A DNA stretch of 64,000 nt from an uncultured bacterium (GCA_964586315.1 CAZPHE010000001.1:29125-93124); one strand, 5' to 3'. Counted from the stretch's first letter, positions 10,385 to 20,232 are shown. Translations and numbers: made by a program. Notes: generated by a model not told the origin, from the sequence alone.

Positions 10385-13300
10385 ATGCGGAAAATATTGG
10401 TTATTCCAACTAGTCTTTTATGGGTTTTGTTTGCTCAGAATGATGGTTTGGTAAAAACATATTATCCCAGCAAAGCGCTGAAAACAGAAGGGAACTATAC
10501 CAACGGTGTTCGAGATGGACTCTGGACATTTTGGTATGAAGGAGAATTATTTCAAGATTACGGTGCAGACCGATTACCTGAAACTAATGACCCTGGAGAA
10601 GGAAATGGGATTTGGGATATAGATACAGCAGCAGGGACATCAGAATTAGTTCTCATAGATTTTGATGGCGATAGTATTTATGATCCTCCAAATAAAAAAA
10701 TGGAGGGTTCTTATTCCGAAGGCAATAAGGAAGGACTATGGACAATCTGGTATTTAAATGCAATGCGTAAGGAAGAATCTAATTATACAGCTGGTCGGCT
10801 TGATGGCGCCATTATCAAATGGTTCGAAAATGGGACAAAATCAGAAGATGGTATTTACCACGCTGGTAAACAAAACGGTAATTGGATTTGGTATTATGAA
10901 ACCGGAATAAAAAAAGAACAAACTTCTTTTTTAGATGGGCAACAGGAAGGTCTTTGGACTCAATGGTTTCCAGATGGAACAAAAAAATCCGAAAGAAATT
11001 TTACCAATGGAGAACGAGACAACATCTGGACATCTTGGTATGAAAACGGAAACAAAAAATTTCAGGCTACATATTCTAATGGAAAATTAAATGGGAGTTG
11101 GACATCCTGGTATGATGGTGGTATAGTAAAAGAAAAAACAGGAGAATACTTTAACAATAAAAAAGATAAAAAATGGACCTTTTGGGAAGAAAATGGTCGT
11201 AAAGCAGAAGAGGTATCATTTGATAAAGGAATTAAAAACGGTCCTTATACATTCTGGAACACTGATAATATCAAGATAATAACGGGTAGTTATCTTGATG
11301 GAAAAAAACACGGTATCTGGATCTTACAATATGATAATGGCACAATAAAAACTGAAGAAAGTTATTCAAATGGCAAAATGGATGGCGCTTGGAAATGGTA
11401 TAGATCTGATGGACTTAAATTCCGTGAAGGAAATTATAAAAATGGTCTCAAACACGGACTCTGGACATCTTGGAATAATGCTGATCATAAAAAAAGTGAA
11501 GAAACATATGTAAATGGTATTCTAGATGGATTAGTAGTAATCTGGCATGAAAACGGAAATAAAGATCGTGAGGGAATCATTCGAGGTAACGAATTAGAAG
11601 GAAATTGGACTTATTATAATGGAGATGGAACTACTGATTTTAAATTTGATTATGGTACAGGATTAGATCGGGTTAGAATTGTAGAGCTTGAAGAGCGGGA
11701 CGGTATTTTTCTTAAAGTAGGTAAAAATAAACCATATACAGGAATAGTTGTTGAATCTGGAGGCATAAAAGATTATTTATTATTAGGAAGATTTCAATCT
11801 GGTAGGCGAGACGGACAATGGGTCCAGTGGTACAGGAATGGAGAAAAAGAAGTTGAAGGAGTGTATTATAAAGGGAAAAAAAATGGAGAATGGACTCTTT
11901 GGTATGAAGATGGAACTTTAAAAGAACAAGGGCAGTTTGATTTGGATGAAATTGATGGAATATATAAGTATTGGTATCCTAATGGACATTTACAAATGGA
12001 ACAAACCTACCAGAAAGGCAAGCCTAATGGTCGTTGGACTTGGTGGTTTGAACATGATCACAACCTAAGTTTTACAGATGGTAAGTGGTCTTATAATGGT
12101 GTGACATATGTTGCAGAAAACAATGATGAGTTATGGAATTGGTGGTGGTATTTAAATGATAATAAAGAAATGGAAGGATATTATATGGATGGTCGGAAAA
12201 ATGGTATTTGGACTTGGTGGTATGATACAGGGGTAAAACAATCCGAAGGTAATTATATAGAAAATGAGCAAGACGGTTTATGGTCTTATTTTGCTCCTGA
12301 TGGCTCTATTGATGAGGAAATAAATTTTTCTGGAGGAAAAAGAGATGGTAGATCAACATTATGGCTTACTCCTGAAGAAAAACAAGAAGAAAAATTTTAT
12401 AGGAATGGTAAATTAGATGGGCCAAGTACATATTGGGAAAATGGCCATCGAAGTACTATGACAACTTATAAAAATGATTCCCCTGGTGGACCTTGGGTAA
12501 TTTGGTATCCAAACAGTGATCAAATTAAAGAACAAGGTTTTCATCAAGATGGTATAAAAGAAGGTTTAACTACCTATTATTACGAAAATGGGACAATGCA
12601 ACGAGAAGGTTTTTTCAAAGAGGGTCTACCCGATGGTATTTGGACATATTGGAATGCCAAAGGGGAAAAAGATTTTGACTTTGATTTTGGTACCGGATTA
12701 GAACATATTGACCTTGAAGATTTAGTTGAACGTGAGTCTTTGTTTTTCAAAATCAATGAAGACACACCCTTTACGGGCATAATAACACAAGAAAATAAAG
12801 ATGCTGATTATCTGTTTTTAGGAAAAACAAATAATGGTAAAAAAGATGGAAATTGGGTCAAATGGTTCCCAAGTGGAAAAGATGTCCCAGAAATTATTAT
12901 TGTTGATGTTCCCACTCCTGAACCAGTTCTTCCATGGAGTGGAGGGAAGCAAGAGCAAGGCGCTTATAAAAATGGAGCAAAACATGGCTTATGGACGGAA
13001 TGGTACGATAATGAACATATTAAATCTCATGGTAATTATAATTCAGGCATAATGAGCGGCCATTGGACTTTCTATTATAAAAACGGAATTAAAGAAAAAG
13101 AGGGAATTCTAAAAGATGGAAATGCTGATGGTCTTTGGGTTTTTTATGATGATGAATCAAACAAATCCCAAGAAGGATCATTCACAAATGGTACCAAAGA
13201 AGGACAATGGACTGCATGGTTTGAAGATGGACGCATGACAGAAGGGTTCTATTCTAATGGTAAAAAAGATGCAACCTGGACGAGTTGGTGGGATCATAAT

Positions 13301-13417
13301 AGAACCAGAAAAGAAATGCAAGGTGCATATAAAAATGGTAAAATGGTTGACAAATGGTTTTTTTATGATAAAAATGGAAACTTAAAAGAGATTAGATATT
13401 TCTCTCCAGATTTTTAG
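10385..13417 (+). CDS. giant MORN/YwqK-type repeat protein
   Basis: About 1010 aa made of dozens of Y.NG...G.WT.WYENG.K..E units typical of MORN-variant (YwqK-like) repeats. Signal-like N-terminus. ATG at 10385, and the track TTG is at 10379. Confidence 0.7.
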   Translation: MRKILVIPTSLLWVLFAQNDGLVKTYYPSKALKTEGNYTNGVRDGLWTFWYEGELFQDYGADRLPETNDPGEGNGIWDIDTAAGTSELVLIDFDGDSIYDPPNKKMEGSYSEGNKEGLWTIWYLNAMRKEESNYTAGRLDGAIIKWFENGTKSEDGIYHAGKQNGNWIWYYETGIKKEQTSFLDGQQEGLWTQWFPDGTKKSERNFTNGERDNIWTSWYENGNKKFQATYSNGKLNGSWTSWYDGGIVKEKTGEYFNNKKDKKWTFWEENGRKAEEVSFDKGIKNGPYTFWNTDNIKIITGSYLDGKKHGIWILQYDNGTIKTEESYSNGKMDGAWKWYRSDGLKFREGNYKNGLKHGLWTSWNNADHKKSEETYVNGILDGLVVIWHENGNKDREGIIRGNELEGNWTYYNGDGTTDFKFDYGTGLDRVRIVELEERDGIFLKVGKNKPYTGIVVESGGIKDYLLLGRFQSGRRDGQWVQWYRNGEKEVEGVYYKGKKNGEWTLWYEDGTLKEQGQFDLDEIDGIYKYWYPNGHLQMEQTYQKGKPNGRWTWWFEHDHNLSFTDGKWSYNGVTYVAENNDELWNWWWYLNDNKEMEGYYMDGRKNGIWTWWYDTGVKQSEGNYIENEQDGLWSYFAPDGSIDEEINFSGGKRDGRSTLWLTPEEKQEEKFYRNGKLDGPSTYWENGHRSTMTTYKNDSPGGPWVIWYPNSDQIKEQGFHQDGIKEGLTTYYYENGTMQREGFFKEGLPDGIWTYWNAKGEKDFDFDFGTGLEHIDLEDLVERESLFFKINEDTPFTGIITQENKDADYLFLGKTNNGKKDGNWVKWFPSGKDVPEIIIVDVPTPEPVLPWSGGKQEQGAYKNGAKHGLWTEWYDNEHIKSHGNYNSGIMSGHWTFYYKNGIKEKEGILKDGNADGLWVFYDDESNKSQEGSFTNGTKEGQWTAWFEDGRMTEGFYSNGKKDATWTSWWDHNRTRKEMQGAYKNGKMVDKWFFYDKNGNLKEIRYFSPDF

Positions 13418-13463
13418 ATAATTTCGCACCTATCATTTTAATATAATATAAAGGAATTAATTC

Positions 13464-16160
13464 GTGAAATACGTATATCTATTTGGCAATGGATCAGCAG
13501 ATGGGACTGCTGAAATGAAAAACACCCTAGGTGGTAAGGGGGCAAATCTTGCAGAAATGAATCACCTTGGCATTCCAGTTCCTCCTGGGTTTACCATAAC
13601 GACAGATGTTTGTAGCCATTATTATGAAAATAAAAAGAATTTTCCTGATTCATTGGACGCTGAGGTTAAATCTGCTCTCACAGAAACTGAAGAAATAATG
13701 GGCTCTAAGTTTGGTGATCCTAAAGATCCACTTTTAGTATCAATACGATCCGGTGCAAGACAATCTATGCCGGGAATGATGGAGACAGTATTAAATGTCG
13801 GGTTGACATCTACAACAATTCCTGGACTAATAAAAAAAACTGGTAATGAGCGATTCGTTTATGATGCTTACAGACGTTTAATTATGATGTTTGCTGATGT
13901 AGTTATGGAAAAAGCAGCTGGAATAGAGCCTGAAAATAATCAAGGAATAAGGCACCAGCTGGAATCTTTAATAGAGGTTCACAAAGAAAAAAACCAATAT
14001 AAAAACGATACTGATCTAACTGCAGATGATTGGAAATTATTATCTGAAAATTTTAAAAGTAAGATTAAACAAAAACTTGGAAAAGAATTTCCCGATGATC
14101 CCATGGAGCAATTATGGGGTGGTGTAAAAGCTGTATTTGAGAGCTGGAATGGATCCCGAGCAATAAATTATAGACGTATTGAAAATATACCCCATGAATG
14201 GGGAACTGCTGTTAATATTCAAACAATGGTCTTTGGAAATATGGGTGAGAGTTCCGCTACTGGTGTTGCTTTTACCCGAAATCCTGCTACTGGAGAAAAT
14301 AAATTTTTTGGAGAATGGCTTGTTAATGCTCAAGGGGAAGATGTAGTCGCTGGGCTTAGAACACCTAATCCTCTTAATGAGGATACAAAAACTGACGATA
14401 CACAAACTCTCCATTCACTTGAATCAAGAATGCCAGAAATTTATTCTCAATTATATAAGATTCGTGATATTTTAGAAAATCATTATTCTGACATGCAAGA
14501 TATCGAATTTACCATTCAAGAAGATAAGCTTTGGATGTTGCAAACCAGAGTGGGAAAACGTAATGGATCAGCGGCAATAAAAATGGCAGTTGAAATGGTA
14601 AAGGAAGGTATGATCAATAAAAAAACAGCATTATTGAGGGTGAAACCAGAACAATTGGATGAGCTACTACATCCAATGCTTAATATAGAATCAGAAAAAA
14701 AAGCCGAATTATTAGGTAAGGGATTACCAGCGGGTCCCGGTGGAGCAACTGGTCGAATTGTGTTTACCGCTGATGATGCAGAAAGATGGCACAATAATGA
14801 GGATAAAATAATTTTAATCAGAGATGAAACATCTCCTGAAGATGTACATGGAATGCATGCAGCAGAGGCTATCTTAACCGCAAAAGGTGGAATGACATCG
14901 CATGCTGCGCTAGTTGCTAGAGGTTGGGGAAAATGTTGTATAGTAGGTTGTAGTGAAATGCAGATCAATGTAGAAAATAAAAAGGTCCAAATTGGTGGAA
15001 GAATACTAAAAGAAGGTGATTGGATTACAATGAATGGAACATCAGGAAAAATATACAATGGTCAGCTTGACCTTATTCCTGCAGATCCCGACACGCATCC
15101 AGAGTATAAAGAATTAATGATCTGGGCAGATGATACAAGAAAAATGAAAATTCGTACTAATGTTGAGAGTCCTGAAGACGCAGCCCAAGCAATACGCTTT
15201 GGGGCTGAAGGAATAGGACTATGTAGAACAGAACATATGTTTTTTGATGAATCACGTATTTTAGCAATGCGAAAAATGATTTTTGCAGATAATGAACATA
15301 ATCGTCGTGAGGCTGTAATGGAGCTACTACCATTTCAAAAAGATGATTTTATCGGTATCCTTGAAGCTATGGAGGATAAACCCGTGACGATCCGGCTTCT
15401 AGACCCTCCACTACATGAATTTATGACTTTGACAGATGAACAAAAACATGACCTGGCCGCCAGTTTAAATGTTAATGTAAGCGTCGTGAAGAATAGAATA
15501 TCCACGCTCCATGAGCTTAATCCTATGCTTGGACATCGAGGTTGCCGATTAGGTATTGCTTATCCAGAAATAACTGAAATGCAATCTACCGCAATTCTAG
15601 AGGCAGCAGCAGAATTAACACAAAAAGGGAAATCCGTTTTCCCTGAAATCATGATTCCACTTGTCGGCACAGTTTCAGAATATAAAGATCAAGAAAGAAT
15701 TATTCGTAATGTGGGACAACAGATAAACGAAAAATATTCTATAGAATTAAAATACCTTGTTGGTACAATGATTGAACTACCAAGAGCGTGCTTAACAGCA
15801 GATGAAATAGCAAAACATGCAGAGTTTTTCAGTTTTGGTACAAATGATCTTACTCAAACTACATTTGGTTTTAGCAGAGATGATATAGGTTCTTTCTTAC
15901 CTGATTATCTTGATAAAAACATATTACCAGAAGATCCATTTCAAAGCCTTGATATAAATGGTGTCGGTAAGTTGGTCTCTATGGCAGTTCAATATGGACG
16001 TAAAATTAATGAAAATATTAAGATTGGAATTTGTGGAGAGCATGGAGGGGATCCAGCTTCAATATTTTTTTGCAAACAAAATGGATTGGATTATGTTAGC
16101 TGCTCTCCTTTTAGGGTGCCTATTGCTCGCCTTGCAGCAGCCCAAGCAGAAATAAAATAG
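13464..16160 (+). CDS. ppdK: pyruvate, phosphate dikinase
   Basis: 898 aa. N-terminal ATP-grasp region (GGKGANLAEM, IPVPPGFTIT). Phospho-His swivel motif GGMTSHAALVARGWGK. C-terminal PEP-utilising domain (GLCRTEHMF, GTNDLTQ, ICGEHGGDP). GTG start. Confidence 0.95.
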   Translation: MKYVYLFGNGSADGTAEMKNTLGGKGANLAEMNHLGIPVPPGFTITTDVCSHYYENKKNFPDSLDAEVKSALTETEEIMGSKFGDPKDPLLVSIRSGARQSMPGMMETVLNVGLTSTTIPGLIKKTGNERFVYDAYRRLIMMFADVVMEKAAGIEPENNQGIRHQLESLIEVHKEKNQYKNDTDLTADDWKLLSENFKSKIKQKLGKEFPDDPMEQLWGGVKAVFESWNGSRAINYRRIENIPHEWGTAVNIQTMVFGNMGESSATGVAFTRNPATGENKFFGEWLVNAQGEDVVAGLRTPNPLNEDTKTDDTQTLHSLESRMPEIYSQLYKIRDILENHYSDMQDIEFTIQEDKLWMLQTRVGKRNGSAAIKMAVEMVKEGMINKKTALLRVKPEQLDELLHPMLNIESEKKAELLGKGLPAGPGGATGRIVFTADDAERWHNNEDKIILIRDETSPEDVHGMHAAEAILTAKGGMTSHAALVARGWGKCCIVGCSEMQINVENKKVQIGGRILKEGDWITMNGTSGKIYNGQLDLIPADPDTHPEYKELMIWADDTRKMKIRTNVESPEDAAQAIRFGAEGIGLCRTEHMFFDESRILAMRKMIFADNEHNRREAVMELLPFQKDDFIGILEAMEDKPVTIRLLDPPLHEFMTLTDEQKHDLAASLNVNVSVVKNRISTLHELNPMLGHRGCRLGIAYPEITEMQSTAILEAAAELTQKGKSVFPEIMIPLVGTVSEYKDQERIIRNVGQQINEKYSIELKYLVGTMIELPRACLTADEIAKHAEFFSFGTNDLTQTTFGFSRDDIGSFLPDYLDKNILPEDPFQSLDINGVGKLVSMAVQYGRKINENIKIGICGEHGGDPASIFFCKQNGLDYVSCSPFRVPIARLAAAQAEIK

Positions 16161-16163
16161 TAT

Positions 16164-16889
16164 TTATTTTACCTTTTCGAAATAATCTCTATAGCTAAAT
16201 ATTTTTGGATTCATTGATAATATCCTATTTAGATCGTTTCCTAAACCCAATTCTAAATCATTTGGATGTATAGAAACCCGTAATGGCGTATTTTTTATTT
16301 TGGAATAAATCCTATTCATTTTATTTAATCCTTTCACTGCTATTATTCTAATTAAGTTATCAGCTTCATAACCCACCAAGGGTAAAGTATGGAATTCCCC
16401 ATTATGATAAACACCTGAAAGGGTTTCATATAATTTATATGGTAACACAGATAAGTCTTCCCAAGTAACGTTACCAAGGGCCCAAGCAGGCGGGATATAA
16501 ACATAGGGTGCGTTCAGATCATTCTCGTCAAACCATTTTGCACATTTAAACATCAATTGTATAATTTCTTTTGATGATAAGCTCAAGTGTTCTGCTACAT
16601 TTCTAGACATTATTAAACTATGAAAATAATGATATGCATTCTTTTTAGAACGAGCTCTATGATTCCATCCGTGCCCGGCTAAATCAAAACCACAATTCTG
16701 AAGATAATGCAATTGTTCTATTTGTTTTTTATTCCAGGAACGACCAGGGACTATAAGACAAGTTGCTGAAACAATTTTTTTATTAGCCAACAAATCTATT
16801 AATTTGATAACATCATCAAGAGTATCTGGCATAATATCATGAATGGATAGAATAATTGAATGATTTGACTTATTCATTACTAAGCGCAC
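16164..16889 (-). CDS. polysaccharide-deacetylase-like protein (DUF2334-type)
   Basis: IILSIHDIMPDTL...LIVPGRSWN...GFDLAGHGWNH resembles the predicted-deacetylase fold with a metal-binding Asp/His pattern. It overlaps the upstream GT gene stop. Confidence 0.5.
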   Translation of the reverse strand: MRLVMNKSNHSIILSIHDIMPDTLDDVIKLIDLLANKKIVSATCLIVPGRSWNKKQIEQLHYLQNCGFDLAGHGWNHRARSKKNAYHYFHSLIMSRNVAEHLSLSSKEIIQLMFKCAKWFDENDLNAPYVYIPPAWALGNVTWEDLSVLPYKLYETLSGVYHNGEFHTLPLVGYEADNLIRIIAVKGLNKMNRIYSKIKNTPLRVSIHPNDLELGLGNDLNRILSMNPKIFSYRDYFEKVK

Positions 16890-17997
16890 TTTGAAAAGTT
16901 TTTTTAGAAAGTTCTTTTAATATATCTATCCAAGTTGCAATGTTTTCTTTATTAAGTGTATGGGCTGAAAAATATGCTTTTTTGACTATAGTGTCACGTT
17001 CTTTTTCAGACATATTCATTACAAAGTCTATAGATTCTGATAGAGAATCAAAATCATCCATATTAATTAAATTTTTTGCTAAAAGGGGCCATTTGTTTAT
17101 GCCAGATTGACCCGACACTATAACGATACGTCCACGAGCCATGCCTTCGAAAGCTGCTGTTCCAAATGTTTCTATGAATGAAGGTAATACGAATATTTGA
17201 CTCTGATCGATTACATCAATTAATTCACTTCTAGAGAGCCATCCAAGATAGGAAATATTGTTCAACTGATAAGTATAATCAATTATTGTTGATTTCAGTG
17301 GCCCTTCACCAGCAAAAATAAATTCTACATTCTTATGATCTTTAGCAGCATTTATAATTTTATCAACACCCTTCTCTGGAGCTAATCGCCCTGCAAATAA
17401 TATTTTATTTATTTTTTTATTTATAGGAGATAAAGGACGATCAGAGAATATTTTAGCAAGAGGTGTTCCAATAATTTCCACTTTTTTACTGCCCAATTTT
17501 TTAGCTATGTTTTCCATATCTTTATTTACAATTAAAGATATAGGTGAAGATTTAAAAAAGAATTTATTTACAAAGGTTCCAATATTATTCACTAGGTAAG
17601 CTTTCACACCTTTCCAATACAATTTTGCCATTTCGTCATAATCATTATGCAATACTGGACAAATTGAAATATTTAATTTTTTAGCTTTTCCTAATGCTAC
17701 TAAACCATAAAATCCCGGAGTAGGAAAAATAATTACATCAGGAGATTTTTCTTTAATTATATTGGCCAACTTAAACATTTTTGGAAAATATAAACGCTGG
17801 GTAGCATCTCCAGGCATAGATATGGAAAAAAAGGTATATGAATCGTCTAAACGCTTTGGTCCAATAATTTCGATATGGCTTATATAATCTTTTAAATGCT
17901 CACATAAGTCTCGATAAAAACTTCCTACTCCATTGCGCTCTGAAAGGACATCTAAAATTATTAGAACGTTTAATTTGATTTTTTTGGTTTTTATCAT
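16870..17997 (-). CDS. glycosyltransferase, GT4 family (GT-B fold)
   Basis: N-terminal NGVGSFYRDL, and a C-terminal Glycos_transf_1 pattern ...FAGRLAPEKGV...FAGEGP...LPSFIETFGTAAFEGMARG (E-x7-E region). Confidence 0.8.
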   Translation of the reverse strand: MIKTKKIKLNVLIILDVLSERNGVGSFYRDLCEHLKDYISHIEIIGPKRLDDSYTFFSISMPGDATQRLYFPKMFKLANIIKEKSPDVIIFPTPGFYGLVALGKAKKLNISICPVLHNDYDEMAKLYWKGVKAYLVNNIGTFVNKFFFKSSPISLIVNKDMENIAKKLGSKKVEIIGTPLAKIFSDRPLSPINKKINKILFAGRLAPEKGVDKIINAAKDHKNVEFIFAGEGPLKSTIIDYTYQLNNISYLGWLSRSELIDVIDQSQIFVLPSFIETFGTAAFEGMARGRIVIVSGQSGINKWPLLAKNLINMDDFDSLSESIDFVMNMSEKERDTIVKKAYFSAHTLNKENIATWIDILKELSKKTFQSALSNE

Positions 17998-18027
17998 TTG
18001 TGGAATGATTTGTTAAAATATAAAATT

Positions 18028-19176
18028 TTATTTTTCTGAATCTAAAAATAAATAAATATTTTTTAATCGGTTCATTATATTCTGTGTTTTTAAATCGAAT
18101 TCATTTTTATTGTAACGATGTTTACTTTTGTATTTTCGTGAGTAAACAGCTGAATCATTAACGCTCTTTTCGTAATCTCTACTGGTCCTTAAAGAAAATT
18201 TATTATAAATCAATTTTATAGTATTTTCTAATTCATCTTGAATATCCGGCATAGAAAAAACAATCCAATGTGTTTTTTCTTTAGAAAAATGATATTTCGA
18301 AATACAATTATAATAATAATCCATCATATCAATTATTTTTTTTCTTGTATATTCAATACCTAAATCATTATTGAAAGATAACCAACCTTTTCTCATAACG
18401 CTTAATATTGATGGTACAGCTTTCTCAGGTTTTCTAATACAACAAACAAGATTCAAATCAGGGAACGTTTTTTTCAGATCATTTATCCAACCTGAGAAAG
18501 ACGCGTTTTTTGATAAATATCTTCGATTATATCCATAAACATACATATGTCTTTGGATTAATTTTTTATATATTATCATTATTTCTCTTCTTTTTACCAT
18601 ATTAAACTCTTGATCAAAAAATGCAAGATCCCAAATTTCTTTGTACGGAAAAGGGAAAATCAAAAGAAAACAAGCCATATAAGGCATTAAAAGGATAAAA
18701 TCTTCTTCTGGAGATTCTAAACCCGTTTTATGTGTCTCATGTAACATACTTAAAACACCTGACTCAATTGATTGAAATAATTTTTTTATAGGATATCCAA
18801 TTGCACGATCAATAAAAAAAAAATATTTTAAGATAATTTTTTGTGTAATTGCAGGTGCAAATATCATTTCTCCTAATGTACATGTAGTAAAGTTTGTTTT
18901 GTCTTGTGATAAAATTGAATGAAGAAAAGTTGTACCACTCCGAGGTACCCCAACAATAAAGAGCGGTTTGATTATGTTTATTTTTTTAAAAGATGGAAAA
19001 AATAAATTATCTAACAAAAGAAATAGACGATTAACTATTTGGAGTATTCCAAAAAAAAGAATAAAAATCATTATTTTCAAAGAACGAATTACAGAAAATT
19101 TCATTTGATTATTAACGAATGGATTAAAGATTCGAAAAAAATATTTTATTAATAGTTTAAGACCTATATAATTCAT
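18028..19176 (-). CDS. membrane-anchored sulfotransferase
   Basis: Hydrophobic N-terminal helix followed by the PAPS 5'-phosphosulfate-binding loop GVPRSGTTFLHSIL. The start is uncertain, either MNYIG at 19176 or an internal MKFSV. Confidence 0.7.
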   Translation of the reverse strand: MNYIGLKLLIKYFFRIFNPFVNNQMKFSVIRSLKIMIFILFFGILQIVNRLFLLLDNLFFPSFKKINIIKPLFIVGVPRSGTTFLHSILSQDKTNFTTCTLGEMIFAPAITQKIILKYFFFIDRAIGYPIKKLFQSIESGVLSMLHETHKTGLESPEEDFILLMPYMACFLLIFPFPYKEIWDLAFFDQEFNMVKRREIMIIYKKLIQRHMYVYGYNRRYLSKNASFSGWINDLKKTFPDLNLVCCIRKPEKAVPSILSVMRKGWLSFNNDLGIEYTRKKIIDMMDYYYNCISKYHFSKEKTHWIVFSMPDIQDELENTIKLIYNKFSLRTSRDYEKSVNDSAVYSRKYKSKHRYNKNEFDLKTQNIMNRLKNIYLFLDSEK

Positions 19177-19244
19177 TGATATAATTAATTTAATTAATGA
19201 TTAAAAACCTATGTTATTGTTTTAATAATGGTCTGTTATAAATT

Positions 19245-19270
19245 AAAATGCCTCCACAAGGAGGCATTTT
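19245..19270 (-). terminator. rho-independent terminator hairpin closing the motor-like operon
   Basis: AAAATGCCTCC-acaa-GGAGGCATTTT forms a perfect 11-bp stem with a 4-nt loop and ends in a T run on both strands. It lies 27 nt downstream of the FliG-like stop. Confidence 0.75.
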
Positions 19271-19296
19271 AAATGAAAAAGTTTTTTAATAAAACG

Positions 19297-20232
19297 TTAT
19301 TCTACCATTTCCCCACCAGAAAGAATATCCTCTAAATTAAATTCACCATCCTTTTCCATTTTTTTTGCTGCATCAACAATTTTTTTCCGAGCATTATCTA
19401 CTTCTTTCTTTGAAACAGCACCTTCAACTGGTTCGTACATAGCTTGACGCTTTTGAGGTTGCCCTGCAATAATTTCATCTACAATTTCTTGGTCCAATCC
19501 TTTTACAGCATAAGCTAAATCTGTCAGATCAGTTTGAACAAACAATCCTCTCTTTAAATTCTCTGGAAATTTTTCTATAATATCATCAAAGGTAAGAAAA
19601 TACATTTTTACGCTAGCATAGAGTTCTGGATTTTCATTTTGGAGAGTCTGCATATATCTTTCTTGATCATTAGAATCCATACCACTAAGTGCATCAGCGA
19701 TGTCCTTTGCGCCTCCCCTTGAAAACTCTGTTGTACGAGGAAGATATGTGGACTTTTCTTTTAACCTCGCACCAACTTCTATTACTCCCTCTAATGGAAC
19801 ATCATCTAAAGATCCTAATTCTATTAGGACTTCTCCTTTTAATGCCGGGTCTAACTTATTAAGAACAAACATTTTTTTCTCTGGATCAAGTTGAGCCAAG
19901 GTCATAGCAATAACAGGAGTGTCTTCTTTGTCAACCAATGCAAATAATTGTTCGTCAGTTAATTCATTTAAAAACTCGAATGGTTGAATTGGTTTCCCAT
20001 TTTTATCATCACCACCAAATTCTTCACTCAAAAACCCAAAATAGAACTCTTCCATAACGCGTTTCTTTACAGAAAAAGATACAGAATCCATTCCACGTAA
20101 TGTTGAACGGATTTTTCTTACTTCAGTTTTTGATAGGCCTTTAATCAAAGACATTGCTAGGCCTTCTCCAACTACTGAGAAAAGCACTGCTACTTTTTGA
20201 AGACCTGAAAGCCTATTATAATCATTAATCAT
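19297..20232 (-). CDS. fliG: FliG-like rotor protein (three-domain FliG architecture, divergent)
   Basis: N domain LSGLQKVAVLFSVVGEGLAMSLIKGLSKTEVRKI. Middle domain FEFLNELTDEQLFALVDKEDTPVIAMTLAQLDPEK. Linker and C domain FSRGGAKDIADALSGMDSNDQERYMQTLQNENPELYASVKMYFLTFDDI...LAYAVKGLDQEI...GEF. These are colinear with canonical FliG blocks (GxxKAAILL..LGEE, EHPQ region, GG linker, DPELA..I...MFxFEDL, ALKGA). GAGGT Shine-Dalgarno motif upstream. Confidence 0.8.
   Translation of the reverse strand: MINDYNRLSGLQKVAVLFSVVGEGLAMSLIKGLSKTEVRKIRSTLRGMDSVSFSVKKRVMEEFYFGFLSEEFGGDDKNGKPIQPFEFLNELTDEQLFALVDKEDTPVIAMTLAQLDPEKKMFVLNKLDPALKGEVLIELGSLDDVPLEGVIEVGARLKEKSTYLPRTTEFSRGGAKDIADALSGMDSNDQERYMQTLQNENPELYASVKMYFLTFDDIIEKFPENLKRGLFVQTDLTDLAYAVKGLDQEIVDEIIAGQPQKRQAMYEPVEGAVSKKEVDNARKKIVDAAKKMEKDGEFNLEDILSGGEMVE

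Noticed and set aside
14516-15058. 180-aa ORF antisense to ppdK (also 14112-14414, 15958-16155)
   Set aside because: These ORFs are embedded in a strongly supported, motif-rich PPDK reading frame. The antisense translation is Ser/Pro/Ile-rich with no recognisable domain.
13464-16160. Co-occurrence of PPDK and pyruvate kinase (50739-52142) as something unusual
   Set aside because: Both enzymes coexist in many bacteria. The genes are 35 kb apart and look canonical, so this is not noteworthy on its own.
19297-20232. Alternative reading of the FliG-like protein as an MgtE N-terminal domain protein
   Set aside because: MgtE_N is related to FliG, but MgtE continues into CBS and transmembrane domains, and none are present here. 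The protein has all three FliG domain blocks, including the GG linker and the MFxF-like motif, and it sits next to FliF-like and MotAB genes.
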